Positions 10,798 through 23,319 of a DNA stretch of 63,348 nt are shown here, piece by piece. The notes under the pieces are model-generated. The model saw nothing but the letters and a program-made list of their open reading frames with translations. It made no database searches and was not told where the DNA came from. The DNA is from Toensbergia leucococca (lineage: Eukaryota), in contig JALDZS010000058.1 in the NCBI GenBank assembly GCA_022813965.1, positions 62,001 to 125,348 on the forward strand. Direction: 5' to 3'. How positions within the stretch are numbered: the first letter of the stretch is position 1; each line of letters starts with the position of its first letter. The position numbers and the translations under genes are program-made.

Positions 10798-13700
10798 ATG
10801 GAGGTCTTCTGTCGAAACTTGCCAGTCTCAATTACAGAGACACAGGTGAAAACTTTGTTTCGCCCGTACCTAGCTAAGTTAGCTATCTACACATACCACT
10901 GCCGGAAGCTCAAAGGTAAAGGCTGTGCCATTCTCGTCATTTTGGATGTAGAAAAGGGCGAAAAGTTTCTCGTAAATCATGGCCAAACCAAGCCTGGTGC
11001 CGAAGGCTTCAGGCAAGTTCGACAGAAGATTCACCACCAGCGTAGGCCGATCAACTGTAGCAGAAGTACCAATCTCCCAGATCCATATCTGTTGCAAAGT
11101 CTTCAAGAAGAAGAACGTGGCAGACTCTCAGCGGCCCGATCTTTCAAATCAAAGCCAGCCACTGTCCAATTGAAAGCCTCTCAAAGAAGATTCGACGCAG
11201 TTGGACTTCTATGTGGCCGGTGGGCATACGTTGGAGACGATCTCGTTTTCAGTTCTCAATATGAGGAATCTCAATTCAGGAGCGGTGAAATGATCTTTGG
11301 TTCGCGATCGATGACATTCATTCTTGATCCGGTCAATAATCGTCTACCGCGCCATCGAATCGACATATCGTATTCTTGCATCGAGTCAACTACAACGGGA
11401 AATCTCACGGCACCCTCAGTTACTTTGTCACTTTCGGAAGCGCCTAAGATGTTCGAAATTCTGAACACGCCGGAAGCCGAAGACGATCCTCTCGCTGCTG
11501 CAATGAGGGGTCTCAACATAAAAACAGCTTCAACTCCCAAACGTAAGCGGGTGACAGCTCTGAGCAAGTTGCATCAAACCGTGGTGTCTAGCTGTCTGTG
11601 CTATCGAATAAATCTACGCAGCTCGGCAGATATGTTAGCCTTTCAAAGGTTAACTAGCCTTCCTGATATTCCACCTAGCATATCTTGGCCCACATCCATT
11701 GTAAGAACGCTCGATTTCTCAGCTCAAATGACGCTTCTGAATTCAGCTTTGTCTAAAGGTCGATACGATCGTCTTTCTTTCGGCCTGAAATTTCAACTTC
11801 AAAGATTGGCACAGAACGGTTACCTTCCTCCTACTAGCGTAGTGGAACTCCTCGATCTAGTTGCGAATCTTGCTAAGCTTTCGACTGACGCCACAATGGT
11901 TGATTCTGTTCGAAGGCTTTTTAATCAAATCCCATATCCTGGACCTGATACAGAAGCATCGGAACTTAGCTTTAAATCCCTCTCCAATTACTTACGGCAG
12001 AATCAGGGGTCGATCTCGCAAGAGCGATCGTACTCAAGTGGTCTTGCTGAGACTTATGATCACCTGTGTTTTGTTCATAGAGCCACGGTGACCCCGGCTG
12101 GAACATACCTTGATGGTCCAGACCTAGAGGTTAAAAATCGGGTTCTCCGCAAGTATTCTGACTTTTCCAATCATTTCCTGCAAGTATCCTTCTTGGATGA
12201 AGATGGAGAATCTGTCCGTTTTGATCGTAATGCCTCTCTACACGAGATATACCATGTAAGATTTAAGAAGGTTCTTGAAGGAGTAATCAATATAGCAGGT
12301 CGTGGGTATGAGGTATGTAGGCGTGGACTAGATTACCTTCTACTACAGCTAGCGGTGGCATGGCTAAATTGATCCACAGTTTCTTGGATTCTCTCATTCC
12401 TCGTTACGTTCTCAGACCTGTTGGTTCATGGCCCCTTTTGTACTAAATGAAGAGTTGCTTTATGCCAAATTGGTTATTGCGAAACTTGGGAATTTTAGCC
12501 ATATTCGATCACCAGCGAAATGCGCTGCTCGTATTGGGCAAGCTTTTTCACAGACTTTCAGCTCCATATCGCTACCGCCAGAAGCTTTCAGTGTTCTGAA
12601 AGACGTGGAGAGAAATGGTCGTGTGTTCAGCGATGGTTGCGGCACTTGTTCGCTTTCGGTACTTCAAAGAATCCACTACGAGTACGCACAGTCTCGTACC
12701 ACAAAACCTACATTGTTTCAGATTCGTTTCGCAGGTATTTGCTATCCATGACATGAGAAAAGATGCCTATCCTGAAGACTAATTGCTGTCTCAGGGGCGA
12801 AGGGCATGATATCGCTTGACTCAAGACTCCAAGGCGACGCCCTCTGCTTGAGAGAGTCAATGATCAAATTTGAAGGAACTGGCGTAACAGATATTGAGAT
12901 CTGCGGAGCTTCCTCCAGGCCATTAAGTATGTACCTCAACCGACAGTTGATCAAGATATTGGAAGATCTCGGCGTTCCCGTGGATCCTTTTTTAGAGCTT
13001 CAGGCCAACGCCGTGGATCAATTGCGTTCTATCACCCTATCCCCAATTAACGCGGCGTCATTCCTCCAGCGAAACGGAATCGGCAAGTCTGCCAGAGTTT
13101 CTTGGCTGATACGAAAGTTATATTATCTTGGCCTTCAGTTCAACCAGGATGATTTCTTACGAAATATACTGGAGGCGGCTGTCCTGATACAGTTGCGTGA
13201 ACTGAAATATCGTTCCCGCATACTCGTTGAAAAAGGGGTCACGCTTTACGGTATGTTGATGCGTCCGCGAAGTCTGTATGATTGTTTAACGTTGTATGAT
13301 AGGCATCATGGATGAGACCAATTATTTGGAAGAGGGCCAGATATATTGCTGTTTCGACGGTGAAGAAGGAATCTCGATTCTACAGGGGCGCGTCGTAATC
13401 ACCAGATGCCCAGCTTTGCATCCTGGAGATGTTCAGCTTGTCGATGCTGTCAATATTCCATCCGATTCGCCTTTAGGAGCACTGCAGAATTGCGTGGTAT
13501 TCAGTAGCCAAGGTCAACGAGATCTGCCATCCATGCTTTCGTAAGTTCAAGTTTTCCTCTTGTATTCAAGATCGCAGGCATGGCTGAGATTGAACGTATT
13601 AGAGGTGGTGATCTAGATGGTGACTTGTACAACATCATCTTCGATGAAAATCTGTACCCCAAAAGAATCAGTGAACCCGCCGACTACCCAATTGTCGACC

Positions 13701-14790
13701 CCATTGACATTCATAGAATCGTCAATCGATCAGACATGACCGACTTCTTCGTTCTATTCATGGAGAATGACCAGCTCGGCCGAATCGCCACAATGCACCA
13801 GACCCTAGCTGACCTGAAAAAAGACGGCACTTTTGATCCAGATTGTATTATGCTCGCTGGACTGCATTCTTCAGCAGTAGATTTTTCTAAAACCGGGATA
13901 CCAGTAAGTTCATTGTTTCCTCCGACTTCAACACGTGGAACAGATATTTAGACGCTCTTTGAACTCTAGGCGGATATCAAACAAATACCTCGGCAACCCA
14001 GCAATATTCGTCCAGATTTTCAAGCACCAGGTCCCCGTCTTCTGATTGAGGAAGACATCAAACTTGTAGAAGAAGACCTGGACAGGTCCGAAGCTCGAAA
14101 CGAAATCGACGATATCCTAGATAACGATCAGTCCCAAATGAGGTATTATAAAAGTCAAAAGGCTCTTGGGAAGCTTTATCGGGCTATTGACGAGAAGGAG
14201 TTCTGCGAGCAAATTAAAACCCAATCGTTGTCTTCCGGAAACCGTCGGAGCATCATCGATACAGTATGGAAATGGGTCCAAGAGCAGACGACTTTAATTC
14301 AATGGAAACACCTTACCGACTTAGCCATGGATATCAAGGAAGCGTAAGTCTCGCTTTTTGCCAAAATCTACTTAGAACCATGCTCTCGGCCCTCGTAACC
14401 TCTAATCACGCTTACAAAACCCCTAGGTACGAAGAAAATCTCGTCGAGACAATGCTCCGATATTCGACTCACCCTCCGCACTACCTCTCCGAAGTCGAGG
14501 TCTGCGCAGGAAGCATTCTCGGCAAAAACGGAGCACAAAGCCACCGACAGCGCGAATTCTCCGTCGGAATGAAAGAACAGTATGAACGTGACGTTGCCTA
14601 TACAGTCGCTTGTATCACGCAGGGTGAAGACGGAGCTGGGACTAACCAGGCGTTGGAAAGATCGATTGCTTGTTTGGCGGTAGGTTGTACGCGGGTCAGG
14701 GTCCGGAAAAAGGTTGGAGAACTGGTAAGCTTTGCGTGGGTTGCGGCGGCGGTGTGTTTGAAAGAGGTGGAGAGGTTAAGGGGTTCTTGA
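10798..14790 (+). CDS. RNA-dependent RNA polymerase of the RNAi pathway (N-terminal RRM-like region; RRP-3/SAD-1 type rather than QDE-1)
   Basis: Seven exons (introns 12313-12379, 12735-12794, 13251-13302, 13541-13602, 13904-13969, 14344-14426). Motifs FLGFSHSSLR, KCAARIGQAFS, FSDGCG, QIRFAGAKGM, TRCPALHPGD, catalytic SGGDLDGD and AVDFSKTG. Confidence 0.96.
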
Positions 14791-16264
14791 GGAACTTATG
14801 TTTCTGGTGTATCTCGGTCTCAGTCAGGTTGGACTTCTGAATCCGTCAGGATGCTGGAGGGGTACTTGATTTCGCTGACATGAAATAGATAACGATAACG
14901 ACAAACATGAATGTTAAGAAAGATATTTCAGGATTTTTTCGGCAGTTGTCTTGCTGTACAAAACCGACCGAGCTGCGTATATCCCAACTCCCGATTAATA
15001 GGTATAATACTATGTCTTCCAGTATTAAACTTAGTAGGATCGGTCACATCTTGATCCTGGGTGATAGAAATGATGCATGTCGTGCATTGGTGTTGGTTTT
15101 ATGGGCATCTAGTCCCTATTCTGATGCGGCCCATATTGCAGCTCGCATATTCACCTCCACACCACTAATGCTGGGCAGTACATTACTTCAAAGACTCAGC
15201 AGATGCATTACGAGCCTTGCATTCTCTTTGTTAACCGCAAGCCCCAAGAACGGGGGTGGAAATTAGTCTGTTGGTCTTTCGCAGGCCATGTATCTGTGTT
15301 GATATCTCTGCAAGTGTAGTTCCTGCTGATGGTCAGTTGTGGTGATTGATTGGGTTAGCAGATGGTGGCTTCACAAGGCTCGTATGTCCTGCATGAAATG
15401 GAAATTGTGGCGTAGGCTAATGCTGTTTCTTCAACGGCTATTTATCAGGAGGCATTTCAACCATCAGCCTGTCTCGCCACGTCACCCCCACAGTGTGCCG
15501 CCGCTTACGTGCCGGTGACTAACCCAGTCGCGTTGGCTGCTGACTTGATGTCGATCTAGTCATCCTTTATGCTTACAGATTACATCTAGCCGGCCCAATC
15601 CCACTCTTTCTTGTTGAGAGACACGGGATGATGGTAGGGGAGCTCTCCATGCATAATGCCATCTTCACCATAATGTCGATATCGAAAATCCTGGTCCTCA
15701 GCCATCTTTGGAACATTACCAGCAGTCTTCACCGTCGAATCCCCGGGACTTCCGAGAAATGAGCCAAGAGATGAGCCCACCCGTACCCTTGCTTAAATCG
15801 ATAACCATCCATCTGTACCAATTGTATCGACTGACGAGCAACATACGCAGCCTGCTTGATGGCTTGCCAAGGAGATCAATCACATACTTGTGTGCATCAT
15901 GTATCCCCAATTTCCCAAATACTACTGGCCCTCATGATTAGAAGGTCGGTCCGATTAGGCTTGCTGACCGCCTTTTTTCCGAGAAGGAGTGAGAGGAATC
16001 TGGTAATGATTCGAAAAAAATAGTAGCGCCGGTAAACATGCCGTCGACCTCTTGTTGCTCTCTAGATTTCCGTGCCACATAAAGCACTTGATCCAGGTGA
16101 TTCGGGCCTAAATTCCCAGAGTTTTCTCTATACTTCTGATGAGCAAAAGCCCCAGAGCTTAAAGATTCTTTTTGATCATCTCGCTATCACATGAGAACCA
16201 AGCTTTACTAAATTGTATCCGTGTGTCACTTGGCAGCCTGAGACCTTCAATTCACTTACGCAAC

Positions 16265-17260
16265 ATGAGCACAGCAGATGTGGAACAAGCTCCTGCGCTT
16301 CCTGACTACCTTACAGATCCCAACGCTGTGTTGAGTGACACAGCAGAGTGGCGATACGGGAAGGCGCCAGACTACTCCAATACACGAGCTGTCTTTGAGC
16401 AAAGTGAGTGCATCTCTGAAGTCTCAACAAACCAAGGTTGTGTAGCTCAGCTAAGCTCATGATTCTCCAAATTGTCCAGCCAAGAGATCAGCTCACGAAG
16501 CCAATAGCCTCCCGTCTCTCGTCGAAAACCTCGTCAAGAACTGGGAGATTGAAGCCTCATTTAAATCGAGTCTGGAAGACTGGCGAACGGTCGATCACTC
16601 CAAGTATACCTTTGCCATCAATGGTGGTCCTCCACAGACAGCAGAGCATATGCTCAAAGTCGGCACCTACAACGCCATCGTTGCACCCAATGAGTTCTAC
16701 AGTCCCGCCAGCACCGATTTTGCAGGGTCACACAAGACCTTCAAGAGAATGATGCCGACATTCGCTTGGGAGGTTGTAGAAGTGTATAGCGGGCCGCCGC
16801 AAGTAGCTTTCAAATGGAGGCATTGGGGGCAGATGAAGAACGATTACGTCGGGTTCAATGAGTGTGTGGTTCTATTTGCATCCTTGCCCGACCCAGCAGG
16901 TACTGATAAGTGAATTGCAGCAAAGGCGAAAAAGTCACCGCCAAAGCTCATGGCAACATGATCGATATCGAAGGCGTCACAGTTGCTACGGTAGATGAGA
17001 AAGTCCGTCTGCAAAAGGTGGAGACGTGGTTTGATCCGCTGGAGATGTTTCGACAAATAGCGCCAAGCGGCATTGTGAACAAGGAAATACAAGGAACGGA
17101 ACATGCTGATGAAGCAAGTGAGGAGAGCCTCGCTGAGAGAAAAGAAGAGCCGGGAAGTGCACTTGCTGCTGAGCTAGATAGTGAAGAGACGAGGGAGGCT
17201 CATGAAGAGATGAGCACGATTACACCAGCTGAATGTCCCTTTTTGATGAATAAAGAATAG
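16265..17260 (+). CDS. Pathogen-related protein (SnoaL/NTF2-like fold)
   Basis: Introns 16404-16479 and 16862-16920; motifs WRYGKAPDYS, LVENLVKNWEIEASFK, FAWEVVEVYSGPPQVAFKWRHWG, VETWFDP. Confidence 0.9.
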
Positions 17261-17652
17261 TGAGTCTGATGGTCAATCACTAGAGAGACTTAAGGAGCTA
17301 TTGAGACGCTCTGATTTTGCTACCGTCATGTTTTTGAAAATCGTTTTTGGAATACAAATGTAGGTTGATACCAAGCAAAATAGCTCGACCCCAGAAAAAA
17401 AGCAATCACCATTTCCCTTGATATTTTCTCAAAATTTGTCTGTTTCTTCGCACAACACTAAGTTTTAGCCTTGATAAGTATCTGATTCGAATACACGCAA
17501 TGCATCTATCAGAGCCCTGATATCTCAAGCTTCTATACGCCGTAAAGGCGGCGCGACCTGAGATGACAATTTTTCTTCACTTATGTCAACAACGAACTGC
17601 TCTTTCCCCCTCACTTCAACGCCTCCTGCATATTTATCTAGGAACCATCAAA

Positions 17653-17697
17653 TTCTTCTTCTTCTTCTTCTTCTTCTTCTTCTTCTTCTTCTTCTTC
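17653..17697. repeat. (TTC)15 microsatellite followed by a short (AAC)n run
   Basis: Read directly from the sequence. Confidence 0.97.
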
Positions 17698-18559
17698 AGC
17701 AACAACAACAACAAGATAAATACTATTATTACCTCTTCCTTCAACGCTTGCCTGCATTGCCCTCAGTCTCTAAGCCCTTGCAGTATGAATAAGAAAAGCA
17801 ATTGATACTCAACTTAATATACAGAGTTACGTTTTACAAAAGCATGTGAGTTTTATTGCTTTTATTCTTCATTTTCTTGCTTGTTCATAGATCATCTATA
17901 TAACGCTGAGAATGCCTTTGTACTAGATAAGATAGCTCCATATGAGACGCTGGCTTGCGAATAATCTAGAACCCATCAAATCATTCACTCTTAATGTGCA
18001 CTCACTATCTGTTTCTTTGCCCCTGCATTCACATCTCTATCCTTATCATGCAATAATTCCGATCAGAAGATCTATATCTTCAATCTCATCACACCTCATA
18101 GCATGATCATCATCCCTTCTCATCCTGACTAAAAATGTCAGATCTCTCTTCATCTTTCTTCCTCTATTATTCTCATCTTTACTCTCTTCCTCTTCACCTC
18201 ACTCCTCACCATCCTTCATCCTCTAATCAAGCGCGCTCAACCCCTCACAATAGCCTTGTGACTTTTTCTTTGTCTTGCTATATCATCTCGCTATGTTCAC
18301 CCCATGGCAAGGAAGACAAAGGCATTGCACAACATTACCATCCTTTGTTCACACCAGACACCAAACTCATTGTTCCTCAACCCCTCCCCACACTTCAAAA
18401 GCTATAAAAACCCATATTCTCTTCCGCCCATCTTCCTCCCTCAAACCCCCACCCCTCATCACACACACACACACAACACAACACACGCCCTTTCACCCGC
18501 CCCAGCAAAACCAAAGCCCCATCCATCCCCCTCACCAATACCAGAAAAAAAAATAAACA

Positions 18560-18862
18560 ATGTGCATCGTCCACACCACAATAACCACCAAATGCACTCA
18601 CACAACCACTCACACAACCCCCTGCCCAAACTCCCACGCCTACTGCCGCCAAGTGCACAAGGACAAAGTCCGCGTCACGGGCTGGTGCGGTCGCTGCGCT
18701 GACGCTAGGCGCGAGGGGTGGGAGGCTGGGTCTTGGGTGAGGAAGGCGCGGGTGAGGGAGAGGAGGGAGCGGGAGATGGGGAAGGAGCGGGCGGTGAGGA
18801 GGGAGAAGGAGGAGAGGGAGAGGGACATGAGGGAGGAGGAGAGGATTATGGGGTTTTTCTGA
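18560..18862 (+). CDS. Small Cys/His-rich hypothetical protein with charged helical tail
   Basis: ATG in an A-rich context (ATAAACAATG); pattern MC-x9-CxH-x7-C-x6-C-x13-CxxC, of a kind seen in small fungal proteins; R/E-rich tail. Confidence 0.55.
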   Translation: MCIVHTTITTKCTHTTTHTTPCPNSHAYCRQVHKDKVRVTGWCGRCADARREGWEAGSWVRKARVRERREREMGKERAVRREKEERERDMREEERIMGFF

Positions 18863-20569
18863 GGTGAGGGACAATTGTCACTGAGGGGGGTGAGGTTGAT
18901 TGATGGGCTCATGCAAGTCTTTTTTTTAATTTGTCTTTGCTGATCATTTCTGTTTTGTTGAGGCATGTTCTGTTTTCATAGTTGAAGGATGCTGTGTTCC
19001 TCGAATAGGATGTGAGGTTTTTCTTGATCCTCCATCTTGCTCATGGCATTATCAGAGTGCGCTCGCGTGATAGTATCGTTGTTCTCCACCCGAATAGCAT
19101 CTTGCCGTACAACCTAGCCGTTCTGCAACAGAAATAAGTTGGCAGCTAGGAGCGCAGTTCGCTTGTTCCCATTTGCAAAGGGGTGAATTTCGACAAGTCG
19201 AGAACTCAGAGTGGCTGCATGTCGCGCTGGATCGTTCTCATGCGCATAGCGCTATTGATTGATTGGGTGAGTTGACTGCGGACTCTAGCATGCACTCGTC
19301 GCGGACGCAACTTGCCTCCTCAATACAAGCATTAAGAATTTTGACTTGGGTGACTCCAAGGAAACGAAGACTCAAAGCTTGAGTGGTAGCCATGTTACGG
19401 TTCACCGTCAGGAGTGAGATGCAGGAGCTGTATTCTCTGTCTATATAGAAGAAGGTCTGATGATTGAGACGGCTTATGACATGATCAATATTGATTCAAC
19501 ATTTATGACTTTGAGGGGAGATGTTTGTATGCTTCTTGCATACCTACCTTAGTCTATAAGGGATGACTCGGGCTTACAGTCACGTCTTTGAGCAGGCATT
19601 GAGGCTATGAGGTGGATGGATAAATGTACCTAATGACTTGAATAGATGGTGTTGTTATGACTTGGAAGATCTAAGTTGACTCAAAATCCCTACGTTGGCC
19701 ATTTGCAATAGAATACTCCGTCACCACGTGCTTTAAGACATGACGTCGTACGAGTATCGAGAAAAGTAAGGAGGTAAGGCACTGGTGGTAGACGGGTAGA
19801 GAATCATCATTCGTCGAGAGACTAAGAATAGGTAGTTCTAGCTTTACTCTTTACTGCCACTCGGTTGACCAATCATCATGAAGCTTGGCAAATCCGAGGC
19901 GCCGACGACCTTTTGATCTTTTAACGTTGTTTCACCTTTCTTTTCCAAACACTCACCTTCTGGCAGGAGACAGTCCATCGAGACACATTCTAGACACATT
20001 TAACACTAAATCCAAGCAATCACCGGCCAAAGTCGAAACATGTATTCAAGAACTATTTCGGGCTGGCGACAAAGGCTCGTTCCCTAGGTAGTCATCTCGG
20101 TGACGACCCTTAGGCTTGGTCGTGCATCTTGTCCATTGCCCTCGTGCTTGCACTGTCGCATCTCTTCCTCTTTCGTCTACATCTTGCTTCTTTGCATTGT
20201 TTTACTGATTCTCGCGTTGCGGCAGCATTTCTTCATTCTTTCGCACAGAGGCCTCTTCAGATCATCGTTTCCTCTGCCTGCTGATCAAACTCATTAGAGC
20301 ATCTTTCTATTGACCAGCTACTTTTCAGGTAGTCTTCACTGGCCGGGAATTCATCTGATTGTATCTGGAATACAATTACTCATTCACCACCACAACCGAC
20401 GCACATGCGCTTTGATTAGCATCTTTTGCCCTTCCCCCACGTCCTCCTTTAACATCCTACATCATCTTCCTAACCATCGAAACGCTTCTCTACCATCACC
20501 TGTGCAACATTCAAAACATCCCTATTTCGTCGCTTCCATCGACCGACTGATTCGATATAGAGACCATCA

Positions 20570-21625
20570 ATGGGCAAGGCTCGAACGAAAGCTTATCCAT
20601 GGACCCTGGCCTTCGCTATCCTTCTCCCCACTGCTACCGCCATAAGTCTTACTCAATTCCAGCAGATTAGTGGCTTCTCAACAACGTGTACTAGCGCTTA
20701 TGACGCCTCAATACCTGGCTGCACGGCCTCGGATTTCAGCAGCGGCGCACCCTGCTCAATGACATGCGTTGCCGGACTGGAGTCTATGACCAACACCATC
20801 AACAGCGCCTGTCGAGGTACCCAAGCCGATCCTAGCACGTTGATAGGCATGTTCTTTGCTGGGAAAGCTGTGAACGTCCTGTGCCCAAATGTCGTCGTCT
20901 CAACTGTTTCTCTATCGGCAACGAGTATTCAAGGTGGCGGAGGGAGTTTGGGAACCACAACGTCAACATCGACGAATGTCCTGTCGACTACTGTTGAAGT
21001 AATAAGCTACGACACTACATGTACGACAACCCAGACGGGGATTACATTTTCCCCCTCGACACAAACTTCTGCTGCTTCAGTCACGGCGGCAGCCAGCTCT
21101 TCCTTCTCATCACCAGCAGCATCGTTGACTGTCTCTACAATAACCTCTGGTAGCTCATCATCTTCTTCAACAACGACGACGACTGTGACAGCGACAGCCG
21201 CCGCTAGCTCGTCATCTACTTCCTCCTCCACTTCTTCTGCTTCCACCTCTACTTCCTCCTCGACTTTTTCTACTTCTTCTTCTTCTGATACCTCGACATC
21301 GACCACGGAGATTTTGGAGAGTACCTCTCCGCCACAGACAACCTCAACTACCACTCAAAATGCAGAGTCATCTAAACGAACCTCCTCATCAGCCACAATC
21401 GTCACTACAACGTCGACTACCCAGGAAAGCGGAATTGTAAAGACAGCTATCAATGACGGGAGCGCAACGGTGATCACCGCGAAACCTGCTCAGACCACCA
21501 GCTCCAACGCAGATTCGTTTGGTGGCGGAGGAAGTCCTTTTGAGATTGCCTCATCCTCTTACCGTAACGTGGCGGAGATAACGTGGGCTATTTTGGGCAC
21601 TGTTGGTCTCTTCATGATGATATAG
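20570..21625 (+). CDS. Secreted, probably GPI-anchored Ser/Thr-rich cell-surface protein with Cys-rich N-terminal domain
   Basis: Signal peptide, 6-Cys domain (CTSAY...PGC...C...C...C...LCP), long S/T tract, GGGSPF motif and hydrophobic C-terminus. Confidence 0.88.
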   Translation: MGKARTKAYPWTLAFAILLPTATAISLTQFQQISGFSTTCTSAYDASIPGCTASDFSSGAPCSMTCVAGLESMTNTINSACRGTQADPSTLIGMFFAGKAVNVLCPNVVVSTVSLSATSIQGGGGSLGTTTSTSTNVLSTTVEVISYDTTCTTTQTGITFSPSTQTSAASVTAAASSSFSSPAASLTVSTITSGSSSSSSTTTTTVTATAAASSSSTSSSTSSASTSTSSSTFSTSSSSDTSTSTTEILESTSPPQTTSTTTQNAESSKRTSSSATIVTTTSTTQESGIVKTAINDGSATVITAKPAQTTSSNADSFGGGGSPFEIASSSYRNVAEITWAILGTVGLFMMI

Positions 21626-21971
21626 CTTGTTGGAATACCTCAGGAAGGGAAGAGTCAAGAGGCATTCGTGGCTGGCTGAACCTGTCACGATCAGAGCGAT
21701 GTATAGATATGGAGAAGGGGGCTGTTGATATGGAATTCGAAACTTGCATGTACATTTCACCTCCTTTCTTTGATGGCAAATTGTTGATGTGGTATTTGGA
21801 GACATCACATTGAAGCATGGCGTTCTATGAAGAGCATTGTGATGCGTTTTAGCGGGTTTAGTCATTAATTCAAACTTGTTGATCTGACTCTTCCTACTAC
21901 CATTTCAGCGTGAAGCTTGAGCATCAAGTATATATCTTCTCGCCAGCCAGAGCTTGCAATCTATCCTCATC

Positions 21972-22403
21972 ATGGAAGCTTCCACATCTTCCGTTGCAGA
22001 ATCCTTAACCATGTCTATCCCAGGCTCCTTCTCTACCTTCTCCATGGACACCACCGACCTCATTCAAGCCATAGAGAGTACTCGAACGGTAGCACAGCGA
22101 AACGGAATCGATTTCAGTCATCTCCTCCAAGTCATAGAGAAAGCTCGAACGTTAGCTCAACAGTACGGGTTTGATCCTTTACACCTCCTCATCGGCGCTT
22201 TATTGGTAGGGGCGTGGGTAGGTATAAATATGATGATCTGGTCTCTGGTCATCCTCCGATACTTTATCCTTGTTGGCCTCGTCTTCAATACGTTCATCAT
22301 CGTTGGAAAACCTGGTGTAAAGGGGGTTGTAAAGGGGGCGGCTGAATTCCGACAGATGTGGAGAGAGGCAAAAGAAGATTCGAAGAAGAAGGTTGCAGAG
22401 TGA
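21972..22403 (+). CDS. Small hypothetical membrane protein with an internal 21-aa duplication
   Basis: Open frame with two hydrophobic helices and a basic C-terminus; 63-nt internal repeat. The start codon could instead be one of two later ATGs. Confidence 0.55.
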   Translation: MEASTSSVAESLTMSIPGSFSTFSMDTTDLIQAIESTRTVAQRNGIDFSHLLQVIEKARTLAQQYGFDPLHLLIGALLVGAWVGINMMIWSLVILRYFILVGLVFNTFIIVGKPGVKGVVKGAAEFRQMWREAKEDSKKKVAE

Positions 22404-23319
22404 GGATCAGAGGAGCAAGATGGTGCTTCTTTCGGGATGGATTTGATCAAGCATGCTTTGGTTGCGGATTCTCACCATTTTGTATTATCTGCACGAGGCT
22501 ATCGATGTGGTGGGGTGACAAGCAGAGTGCAATAAAGTAGATGATGTGACATTTGGCAGCCTAAGGTGTACACCCAATGATTCGTTCTTTAAACATCAGG
22601 TATCACGCAAGTGTGTGAATTGTTTTTTCCGCCTCGGGCCGTAGGACTTGTGCCACGTCTTTTGCCTGACGTTATTGTCCCTCAACCTGGAGTCGCAGAG
22701 CCAATTGGAAGTTTTCTTCATACAATCTCAAGCGCTTCACAGATGGCGTCTCTTGCATGACATTACAGAGTTGGTACTGCTATCCCAATGGACGGTCTGG
22801 ATGTCAGGAGTGTAGGGGGAGGCTCGGGTGGAAACAGGCGAAAAGGGCAAGGCAAGGCTACGAGTCCCAATGTACTAAAATAGACACTAAGCCCTTTGCG
22901 TGCGCATACTCATAACCCCATTGGGACCGAGGACGCACGCAGAACTCCAGATCCAACAGACTACGACTACTCGTTGGAACTCACATTATCAGACCTCATC
23001 CCATCCAACACCAAAGCCACTGAGAACTCTCCGTGTTGATCGAGACCCTACCCGCAAGACCTTGGCTTCTTGACAAGTCTCCGCACTCATTTCCCCAGCA
23101 ACGCAAGAGATTGGATCATCAAGACGGCCACAGATCATTCGCCTTATCGACACTCTAGCTGTTTAAGCCTTGGCTCCTTCGACCTCTCCTTTGCCTAGAC
23201 GAGATCACTCGTCGAGATCTAGAATTTCCAAGATAAAGTGGCTTGATTTGACTGCCGCTCTGCTCTTGGAGGTTGTCGATCACCTTCTGAGGTCTACCAT
23301 GATCTGAGAGCCCACCGCC

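Noticed and set aside
14900..15950. Short ORFs between the RdRP and the pathogen-related gene
   Set aside because: No recognisable motif or coherent exon chain; possible decayed sequence but unsupported.
6541..17697. (GAA)n and (TTC)n tracts in inverted orientation bracketing the RdRP block, as possible ends of a large element
   Set aside because: Sequences flanking the tracts do not align convincingly, and independent microsatellites explain them.
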